From Balanoglossus misakiensis (taxonomy: Eukaryota > Animalia > Hemichordata), in NCBI GenBank assembly GCA_040954595.2, contig CM082578.2, positions 7,549,519 through 7,613,518 on the forward strand: a stretch of DNA of 64,000 nucleotides, read 5' to 3'. A program made the translations under genes and the position numbers. Every line of letters begins with the position of its first letter. The first letter of the stretch is position 1. The notes beneath the pieces are model-generated. The model made no database searches. It saw only the letters and a program-made list of their open reading frames with translations, and was not told the DNA's origin. Below, piece after piece: positions 12,950 to 22,997 of this stretch.

Positions 12950-13375
12950 ATGGCGGACGCCGGAAACGACACCAACTCGACGGCAGCCCCGGAGATGGCA
13001 CCTTCCAAATTACTCATCGCTAATCAAGTTATCATCATCATCACTTTGGTCGTTATGATGTTTGGGATGGGAGCAACCATTACGCTCAGAGAGGTGTGGG
13101 AGAACTGCAAGAAGCCGATCGGCCCAGTCATTGGTATATGTTGCCAATTTCTGATCTCGCCCTTTCTCGGTTGGTCGCTGGCGATGGCGGTCGACCTCCC
13201 CCCAGCCGCGGCAATCGGTGCTCTGGCCATCGCTACGTGCCCGGGTGGCACGTTCTCCAACGTGCTGACCTATCTCACCGACGGAGATACCTGTCTCAGG
13301 TAAAAATCGACTGTTGTCTATTATCATGACTCGTCGCTCAATAATTGCCGGTGTATTACAATGATGATGGTGTTG

Positions 13376-13407
<32 letters not shown>

Positions 13408-13418
13408 GGTGGTGATGG

Positions 13419-13464
<46 letters not shown>

Positions 13465-13465
13465 A

Positions 13466-13562
<97 letters not shown>

Positions 13563-15018
13563 CGACGACCACGTACATGGTAGAAGTGAGTAGCAGTGGT
13601 TATGAACCATGCATGTTGGCATCATATTCATTACATGCAAATCCTCTTTCCGTTTTCTCCCACAGCATTGTGATGACCACTTTCTCCACGTTCTTCGCCA
13701 TCGGCTTCATGCCCCTGTGGCTGTTTGTCTACAGCCGCAGTTGGATCGACGCTGCGGCAGCCTTGCCCTACAGGGACATAATCATCGCCCTGGTTCTGAT
13801 TCTCATTCCCGGAGGTCTGGGAATGCTGGTCAAGTGGAAGTTGCCCAAATACTCCGACAAGACAGCTTTGGTATGTTCCGGGGAGAGCGATGGGGTGAGA
13901 GAGAGAGAAGGGGGGTTGAGAGAGAGGGGTGAGAGAGAGAGACAGAGAGAGAGAAAGAGAGAGAGACAGACAGACAGAGCGAGAGAGACAGAGAGAGAGA
14001 GAAATGTGTGACCAAAACATGAACAAGTATTGTCCGTCAATACACACATTACAACGTTATTTGTGGCGTGGTGCCGTTGAAATTGTCCAGCAAGGCGACT
14101 ATCAGATAAATTTTGATCTTGTGAGGATGTAAAGAAAAGAAAAAAGGTTTCGATCACTGAAAAAGAGCTTAACCGTATCCAATGATTTATCTGTTAATTT
14201 GTTCCGCGAATGTTAATATTGTTAATGGATAATATATAACGTGTTTGTCTTCATACTGTCTATAACAAAATTGGCCTTTTAGATCAATATCTTTGCACGT
14301 GCCATGTCCAATCGAGATTCGGTCGCTTCGATAGGGCTGTGTAACCCGGTGTGTAACCTGCTGATGACGTGGTGGCCTGAACTAACCCAACCTAACACTT
14401 TCGGGTTTGTTTGATTTACAGGCTTGCTCCATTTTCACTTTGATCGGAATCACTGTCACCCTCGTCCTCATCGGTTTCATGAATCCGCTGATGTTTAGCT
14501 CGTCGTGGAGACCATACATCGTCGGCTTCTTCATTCCCTTCCTGGCCTTCGGCTTGGGCTACCTCATACCCTGGGCGCTGAGGCAGAGCCACAAGAAGTG
14601 TCGCACGATCTCCTTCGAGACGGGCATCCAGAACACGGCGCTGGCCCTTGTCGTCCTCAACCTGGCCGAAATACGCAACCAACAGGGCGGCCTGGCCTCG
14701 TCGTTGACGAGACTCGTGCCGGCCTTACAGGGGCTGTTCAGCTTCCTGATTGGCATGACGGTCATCTGCGTTTACCTGGCGTACAAGAAATTCTACAAGA
14801 AGGGCCAAGTCGGCCCCGAAGAAGACGCAGAGGCCGTGAAGGAAGGAGAGTCCCACGCGGCGTCCGGCGGCGACGGCGGAGTCGTGAACGAAGGATACGA
14901 CGCGGAGGATGGCGAAACCACAGGCGTCGATGCCCCGGAAAAGACGAAGGGAGACGGCGACGTTGAAAATCACGAGGGCGCAGCCAGCAGCGAAAACGCA
15001 AAGGAAACCAATCAATAA
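12950..15018 (+). CDS. SLC10A2-like: SLC10 sodium/bile acid cotransporter (ASBT-like), paralogue B, 383 aa; coding exons 12950-13299, 13666-13870, 14422-15018
   Basis: Motifs MFGMGAT, CQFLISP, TCPGGTFSN, DGDTCLSIVMTT, RTISFETGIQN. GT-AG introns in phases 2 and 0; 350+205+597=1152 nt. Sequons NDT, NST; acidic C-terminal tail. Confidence 0.92.
13362..13569. repeat. Compound triplet microsatellite (GTT)n(GGT)n(GAT)n(GAC)n
   Basis: Directly visible in the first coding-region intron of paralogue B; source of the spurious poly-D/M/I/S ORFs. Confidence 0.95.
13897..14002. repeat. Imperfect (GA)n/(GACA)n microsatellite
   Basis: Directly visible in the second coding-region intron of paralogue B. Confidence 0.9.
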
Positions 15019-17400
15019 ACAAAACAAGAGTCTATGATGACATAGAAGTAAATGTTCAGATCCGTCCATTTCAAGCACAAACGTGTAAAGCACGTTTGGC
15101 CAATCCTGCCTTGACCCCAGAGAAAAGTCTGATTTGTATACACAGTTCTGGTCTATAATCATCATTGAGATTATTGGAAATTACTACAAGATATGAAACG
15201 TTTCTTACTCTTTTTGCAGTGTTTTTTTAACTGAGATGTTCGTCGAATAACAATACTTACTTTAACCACATAATTCACACTGTGTTCTCGTTTAACTTAT
15301 GAGTTTACGAAAACGTTTGAAAACACAAGAAAACCTGAGTTTTTCTTTGTACAAACCTGCTGTTGTAAACACACACTACGCATCAGAACGCATTATAAAA
15401 GTGTGGTTTTGGAAACAAGCCTTTGTTTGCACATTTACGGTCGTGCCGTGTATAAAATGACAGCCGAGTTCATGGCGAAAGTAACGTGACCTTCTCAGCA
15501 AACAGGTGGTTGGCCTTTGCCCTCTCTCGGCAATTTCCTTTTCTCAAGAAGAAGTAACGGGGCAATGGATTAGAACGCTAAAGGGTGTTGTCTGCCCAAA
15601 GGGCCAAAAATATCGACGCCCCCGGCCCGTCCACAAGTTCGTGATGAATACCCTGTCAAGGCTCTTGTCGCGTCGGCCTGTCAACGGCTTGTTTGCAACC
15701 ACGTCGGCTTTTACTGTCACTTTGTGTACATGCCAACCTTCCATTTCTACGTTATCGACTTTCCGAAATACTTTTGTAGCTACAATCAACTGACCCCAAC
15801 ATTTCTAGCGTATACATCCGCATGTCTATGCATATGGGTTATTACTTTCGCGTGTTTTCAAAACTACGTCATCCGACCCGGGTGATCTACAGGCATTTGG
15901 ATACAGAAATATTCAATAGCTTTTGTAGGGATGACATGACACGTACAATGTCTGCCCGGATTTTCAAAAGACGTTTACCTGGTATTTGTTTTGCGAGGAA
16001 AACCACAACACTGTTTTCAGGTGAAGGACGAGACCTTGGGGCGGTTAAACCTTATTGGAATGGCGCTGTTGTTTACCCAAAGACAACATATTTTGCTCTG
16101 TCTGGGGGTTCATCATTGCCTCTCGGACGTGCAAATAAGTTCGTTACAACCGCTCGGGAATTGCTTTCTTTGATTAATTTTATCCTATTGTAAAAAAAAA
16201 AAAACTAAGACCAACAATCTCACACAGTTGCGACCCTTGGTCACTTTTTGGCGGCACACCCATTTCCACAAATACCGACAAAAAGCTTTCATTGCTCATG
16301 CCCCCCCCCCCCGTTTCATGTCCCAAAGTGTATTGAAGTCAAAAGGCGCACCTCACTAGGTCACGTTTTGATAGCTTGCATAATTGTGAAGTCCTACGTT
16401 GTCAGGGAAGAAAGGGTTTGCTAGGGGGCTACATACGAGGAACGTGGCCTCTAAACTGCGAGCAACTCTACTTGAATTCACCGCCTATTAAAACCAAGAC
16501 AAAGGAGCCGGAAAAAACATTCTGTTTAGCAATAGCTATAAATGGCTTGTGTGTGTATTGTATTCGTTACACAGCATGGCAACTAACCCGTATCATTTCG
16601 TGTGTCAACGAATGCCCCCCAACTGGGGACTTTGTCAGTGCTGGAAACTAACCAGCGCGCGAGAGTAAACGCATGACAGAGCATTGACAATAAAACCAAA
16701 ATTCACTGTTTAAAGTGTTGCTTGGAGATAATGAGTTGTACTGGCTTAAGTTACATAAACAACTGGCGCAACAAATGAGTACAGAAATATGATGTGTCCA
16801 TTATTCACCTTGGGTTGATACCTTGCCGGAGCGGCCAGTACGGCAGATAGTGACCACAGTATATCACTGATTATACCCGACCTCTATTGGGCGCGCCCCC
16901 CCCCCCCCCTCTCCCCCGACTTTCGCTGGTGATGGAGGTACGATGGATGATTCCAGAGTATAATTCCTGTGTGGATTCACCGTGAAAGTACATACGATAT
17001 CACAATCGACGATAGCAACACCTGGACAGTCTAGTTTTACAATCACTGTGAATTGTAGGGGGCGCACTTCTAGCTAGGGTCATGTCGTTGAGTTGCGTTG
17101 TACGCATACAACACCAGGATGTACCATTATTATATTTGGTATAGGGAGGTGTCAAGAGTTGAAATGCTATCTCCAGACTCTTTGATATTGGTTCACGGGT
17201 GAAAGTCGAAACGGCACCCTTTTACACATTAGAAGTACGCCTTAAAGCTTATTGGCCAGAGGTTGCCTATAAGGGTTTACTACTACCGTCAAGTGGCACA
17301 TTTTTACACTTGAACCACAAAAATACTCCCGCTAGTGATCATGCCACCAAAATTCACGTGATAAGTTTTCGTATTGAAGTGGCCACAAGTTTGCAATATA

Positions 17401-17551
17401 CATGGTATTCAGCCTTTGCGTGGCTCTGTCTGTCTTAACCCTTTTGACCAGTTCAACTCCATATACGCACTCGCTATCGCTCGTGCGTATATGTCGTGAA
17501 CTGGTCAAAATCTCGTGATATACCATGGCTGGGGGTGTTTTATTGCTTAAT
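17401..17551. mobile_element. Short nested-hairpin interspersed element, unclassified (Crypton-like by resemblance only)
   Basis: Inverted pairs 17401-17408/17520-17527, 17442-17455/17497-17510 (14 bp perfect) and 17460-17470/17483-17493 (11 bp perfect). Confidence 0.5.
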
Positions 17552-17860
17552 TCTTTCAGCGTGCAATTATAATTAAGATCATAGTGTGTTGGCTTCTGCT
17601 AGATTCACATGATAGGTTAAAGAAAGCCACGTATATATAACCACAATAGAAATTTCAGAAGTACCTCCCATGTCAGGTATACGTGTTCGATTTGGATACT
17701 CTTTCTAACTCGTGTGGATGCATTAAAATACATGTATATTTAGTGTGAACCTTGGCAGATGTCTGGCAATTAAAATTCTTCAGTTCAATTGGTGCGGAAG
17801 AATGCCTGGGCCTACAGTAACATGCAGAAGTATACAAGTTGAGGCGAGCTGTGTGCCAAT

Positions 17861-18265
17861 TCATTGGCCTATCAGGTCTTCCTTTGCTTTAATCAGATTA
17901 GCTCTTAGGTAGTAGTCAGCTCTGACAAGTTTGATGTTATTGACTGCCAACTTCTTTTCAATCCCACCGGCTAGCTTTGTCACAGGAAGTACTACAAAAA
18001 TACCACCGGAAGCCCTCGTCCTCTTCATGTAATCTTTCAGCTGTTGAAACTCTGTGTCGCCTATTTTGGACGTAGTGTAGTGTTTCACTTCGATGACGAT
18101 GCGGCGTCCTCCGCAAATGATCATGGTGTCGGGTCTTTTGGTGCCCACAATTACCTGACACACCGTCCGACAGCCAGGGAAAGCCTTGCCTGTTTGTTCG
18201 CAGACATGCTTTTGGAATTCCCAGGGGTCCATATCCTCTAATTCTTGACAAGTCTTTGCCGACAT
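17861..18265 (-). CDS. Restriction endonuclease-fold PD-(D/E)xK protein, Mrr_cat/NucS-like, 134 aa
   Basis: Starts at ATG 18265 (context AAAATG): MDPWEFQKHV helix, R-P45-D46, IVI-E59-V-K61-HY, Q75-L-x-x-Y79, ASGGIFVV strand, NNIKLV. Uninterrupted frame; acceptor-like ttgtttgaattccAG 3 nt before the ATG. Confidence 0.8.
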   Translation of the reverse strand: MSAKTCQELEDMDPWEFQKHVCEQTGKAFPGCRTVCQVIVGTKRPDTMIICGGRRIVIEVKHYTTSKIGDTEFQQLKDYMKRTRASGGIFVVLPVTKLAGGIEKKLAVNNIKLVRADYYLRANLIKAKEDLIGQ

Positions 18266-19234
18266 TTTCTGGAATTCAAACAATATTTAACTTACAGTAC
18301 AGTACCTGGTTATCACATTCCATAGCCTTACATGTAGAATTTTTGAGAGAAACGGTGTTACTATAGTGTCATTTTATTGAAATGTTCACATAAAGGTGCC
18401 TAAAGAGGAATAGTAATAAATGATATAAAGAGAACACTATGTCACCGCGCTTGATTTTTTTTTTATTGAGCTCTTCAGATATTTTCACCATAAGAATACT
18501 AAGTATAGCATTAGGAGCGCCAGAAAATGCTGAATCAACACAAGTTTCCACAATTTTGAGACCCCTAACTAAAAAAGTAGGATAGAAACACGTACCCCTT
18601 TTCCTCTTTTTTATACTTAAAATTTATTGATCAAAAGAGCGTACTATAGACCCTGTTCGTGATTCGATTTTCAAATTACGAACTTCAATATCAACATATG
18701 ATTCCAATCTCTCGATTTACTCGACATTTTTGAAAGTGACTGCTTTATATGGTTTGTTACTTGATTTTATGGCACTGCCGTCCACATCGAATTTGTTGGT
18801 CTCGAAATAGATGAGAATTTCACTTGGCCGCAGGTAGCCACGGTTTATATTCTTTTCATTTGAAAATTTTGTCTGGATATTTTCATTTAGAAAAACCTGA
18901 CTTTTTCTACAGTCAAACATTCAATGGAAATAAAACGGTCATTTTAAAACTAAACGTGACACCACTGAACAACCAGCTGCCACTGCATGAGCATACGAAG
19001 CTCTTCCTCATTGTTTTTAGTGTGTATTTGTTGCTATATTTGATCGTTTTATAATTTTAATGGTATTTTCCTGTTTGTTTGTTTATAGAAGAAACTGGAA
19101 ATGCACTTGTTAAAGATACCACTCTTGGCATATAGAGAGTTATCGAAAGACATGTATTTAATAACGATAAAAACATTATTCATGCAAAACGACATTTTCC
19201 CCTCGACTCATTAGCATGATAAAAAAAGTGCACG

Positions 19235-19393
19235 CACTTCCACGTCACAACGAACAGAAAATGACGTAGTAAAATTTGCATATGGAGGCGTAACTGCGAT
19301 CAAACTGAGCATTTGCCGGCTTTACAGTTTCACTTCCTCATTGTTCCTGTTGACGTATATTAACTGTCAATCATTTTACAGGGGCATTTTCCC
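19235..19393 (-). promoter_or_regulatory. Cluster of ETS-IRF, kappaB-like, octamer and CRE half-site motifs upstream of the nuclease ORF
   Basis: GAGGAAGTGAAACT (19326-19339, - strand), GGGGCATTTTCCC (19381-19393), ATTTGCAT (19274-19281), several TGACG half-sites. Motif match only. Confidence 0.35.
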
Positions 19394-19425
19394 ACAGTGC
19401 CCGTGTGAGGGCGAAACAAGGTATA

Positions 19426-19577
19426 ACAGTCCCTCGGGCCACGCCCTCCGGCCTTACGGCCATCGCACCACGAAACGCCGAATCGGGGCTTAGGCCCTCA
19501 AAAGATACGGGCCATACGGCCCTCGCACGAAACGCCGGATCGATACACATTAGGCGCGAGGGACTGTCGACAGTCTA
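19426..19577. mobile_element. Truncated hairpin/TIR element ending ...GACAGTCTA
   Basis: ACAGTCCCTCG (19426-19436) / CGAGGGACTGT (19557-19567) inverted pair; internal direct repeats TACGGCC and CACGAAACGCCG. Confidence 0.5.
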
Positions 19578-19846
19578 ATGCCAACATGAATTTAAGGTAT
19601 TTGGCCCAATTTGGGGCCCTTTTTGGTATTAATAAGCACGTTATCATATTTTGTATTTTTGCTTTGTTTCACACCCGGCATGTCCAGTAGAAGTAAAAGA
19701 GACACATTACTTACTTTTGTTTCTTTACTTGGTCCACATTTCCCACGACTCGCGCACTCTGACATTCCGTCTATCGGTGGAGTTTAACTGAAGTGAAATT
19801 ATTTCAACTGTCAATACACATGTGCATATGCCTATATGCAAGTATT

Positions 19847-19911
19847 TAGTCTCGGTTACCCAGACTCTCTTACTCTCGTCTTCGGAGGGCGCTGCGCGAG
19901 AAAGAGAGTCT
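19847..19911. mobile_element. Truncated hairpin/TIR element starting TAGTCTCG
   Basis: AGACTCTCT (19862-19870) / AGAGAGTCT (19903-19911) inverted pair; the right terminus is missing. Confidence 0.4.
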
Positions 19912-21188
19912 CCATTCCAGAAACTTCATGAATGTTCTAACAGGGTCTAATCAATTCCAACTTGACATTCGAATGACCTAGAATATTCTCAAAGTTTCTA
20001 AGTAACATTCCAATGTACAACAACATGTAAACTACATCACAAGTTACTACAAACTGTAAATATAAATATAAATATAATAACGAAATAACAATGTCTTGTG
20101 ACAAGGTCAGTCCACGCTACCACCGGCCAGTCTCGTCTCCTTCTGATCTGTTAAAAAAATTTATAAACACATTTTCTTTTCTGTTTTGGTTCTGAGACCT
20201 AACGCTTTTTCAGAGGAATGTTCCCCCTCTAAGAGGATTTTTTAAGCTCTGTTTTTTAGGGTGAGGTCTTAAGGCAGTCTTTATCATGGTCCATGTATCC
20301 GAACAGTTGTACTATTGTTGTAAAAAATGTGGGTGGTAGCGTAGCCACACACTGTAAAAAATTGTGGTTCATTGTTAAATAGCTCAGGAGAAGAGACAAC
20401 ACAGACTGGTTCCCTGTCTCCTTTCTAACGCATAATTGAAATTGCTCCTGTATACTTTTCGAATAACAAGAAAAAGTCACATGTATTTAAATTATATTAA
20501 TACTGTCAAAAATACTGAATAGATAAGCAGTAGATTAAGAAAATAGTTGCAAAGATTGTCTCAGTACATTGTTTTTGAGAAATATGTGTCTATAAAAGGG
20601 GTTGCCTGTCTGGTGCCTTCTACAGTGCTTTGTACTATACTAGTTATTCAGGGGCTGACATACTATTGACTTGTTTGTTGTTTTTTTTTGCATGAACCAC
20701 CCACTGATAATCTGATGGCTAAAAAGTGTTTCAATTTGCCATGGTAACAGTGGTTGGAGACAGGCCATATTTGTTAATTCAGAATGTGACTGCCAATCTC
20801 AGACTGCTGTTGGAACACTGTCCACCTTAATTATCTCTCTGTCCAATGGGCCGCGACCATATATCCATCCATTACAAATCTGGTGACCACAACTGCAGCA
20901 TTTGAACAATAGATCCTGTTAGTAGTATGTGTATGCAACCCAGAAAGAGTGGTTTATCACAGTGTATTTCAACAGTTTCCATGCCTAAGTGGGTTTTTTA
21001 GGAGTGATGTTTTCAAACTGCTCTTCTGGGAGCACATGTATTCTGGTACAGCAAACATATCATGTCTCCAAAGTTCACAATGGATGTAGTGGTAGCACAC
21101 ATTATTGCCTACAAATATCAACTCCTTAAAAAACAGTCCAATCTTCTGAACAAACCGCACAGACCACAATTAAACTTTCATAAAAACT

Positions 21189-21194
21189 TTTATT
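21189..21194 (-). terminator. Candidate distal poly(A) signal of PKA-RII (3' UTR about 3.6 kb)
   Basis: AATAAA on - strand followed by G/T-rich sequence; another candidate at 24039-24044. Confidence 0.4.
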
Positions 21195-22894
21195 CAATTA
21201 AAACTGAGGCATTGTTGAAATTGGTCTCTTTGTCAATTAAATATCCTCTAATATTTAACAATGAATGGTGTTCCAAACAGCCAAAGACAGATGTCAACTT
21301 ATCCATCAAAGTTCAAAACTTTTGAAAAATCAAAAAACATCTCAGAAACAGATATTTTTACATAAGAAATAATAACAACTGTAGCAATAGCTGTGAGAAC
21401 ATCTTTTTTTGTCTTATTATTTTTAACTGGAAGATTCTCTTCCAAGATACTATTAAATACCACATTTGGAGGTCTCATTAACATGGGTTATCTATCTCAG
21501 AACGCAACAGGCACAGGGCAGGTCGGACATAAGTTCTGTTGAGGGCAGTTAGGCAGATTTTATACCTCCACCGCTAAAGACAGGTTCTGAAGTGAACCAA
21601 GAAAGATTCGCCAGAAGAGGGCGCTCTCCACGCCTCCCCTCAGAGGACAGGCATATGGGTCAGCCTTTGATATGAACTTGTCGCCCACTCGGAATCAGAA
21701 TCACTTTTGTCGGTTACAAACTTCTGAGCTAGGTAAACCATGTAAAGAGCGTCATCTCTAAACACGGCATGTCTTAGTAAATTTGCCTCGAAAGCAAGGC
21801 GTTACTTCCAGACAACACTGGAAAATTTCAGAGAGAGAGAGAGAGAAACACTCCCACTTGAATACTACAACTGTGGAGATCGCGAGAACAACATGTGAGA
21901 CTGTATTTACAAATAACTAGAACACCAACTTTGGAGAACCTGAACATTTTTTTTTTGGAACTTCAGAAATGTGTACTTAACAGTAAAAGTCTGCTGGAAA
22001 CGTGACCAGACAACCTCAAGAGAATGGTTTGACTGTAACCATTACACAAATATTCACATTTTTAGTGAGAAACTAAAACAGCATTTTCTTGGCTAACATT
22101 TTTTGCAGCATACAAATACAGGTGATTGAACAATTAACCTTCGCTCTTTGACCCTTGTGACCTGGGGTGACATTCAGTTGAATTTCGCTCTGTTTTGCCC
22201 GTCATCCCCCCATTTTTAACACACTGAAATATTCCAATTGTTGTCTCTTCCAGGATAGCCTATACCACTAGAAACTAGGGGAGCACATGTATTCTTCAGG
22301 ACTGCAGGGATTTACAAAAATTTAAAACCGCTTACAGAAATGTGGTAGAACCCCAGATACAATTGGACTATGACACATGTACATGAACCCCAAATGTGGG
22401 TAACACTGATTGATTGATCTGATTGACTGATTAAAAAAGGACTTCTTTGTCAAAATACAAAGTTCACAATGGAAATAAGCACCCGTTATTTTTTTTTTTT
22501 CAAAAGAAGTACAGAGAAACAAAAAACAACAACAAATAAATAAATTCAGAAATAGAAATGCAGCAAATAGTAGTCCAAGGTAAAATGCTTTGGAGGGACG
22601 TCCAGAAGCTGTGCTAGTAGTGCCAACCCCTACTACAGAATGGGAAGAGCCAGTCTGCTGTGGGACTGTTCCACCACGCTCTGCCAAGAGGGGTTGACAA
22701 GTCAGCACTGCGTTACTGCCATGTATAATAAAGTTACACAAACGCGGTGATAGAAGTCGTGTGGTTTGGAAAACTGACAACTTGGACTGACTGGCGAGTG
22801 CAAAGTTTTGAACAGACAGTGGTTGTTCCACCCTACGACCACTGCTCATATGATTATTAAAATAAAGCAACGAGAGGAGCTGGATTAAACTTGA

Positions 22895-22997
22895 CCCTTT
22901 CACCCCCCCCCCCCCCCCCCCCCCCAATTTCTCTGTCTACGAGTCCAATCCTTAGAAGAAAACAACAGGACCGGACCAACACAGGGCAGTGAAAGGG
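22895..22997. mobile_element. piggyBac-like mini-MITE, degenerate copy
   Basis: TTGA-CCCTTTCAC...GTGAAAGGG-TTAA; same termini as 25033-25118. Confidence 0.55.

Noticed and set aside
13324-14047. Poly-Asp, poly-Met, poly-Ile, poly-Ser and LS-repeat ORFs
   Set aside because: Translations of intronic microsatellites; only 13666-13870 is a real exon.
18300-18960. Possible DNA transposon interior upstream of the nuclease ORF
   Set aside because: Looks repeat-like, but no TIR, target duplication or second copy could be identified.
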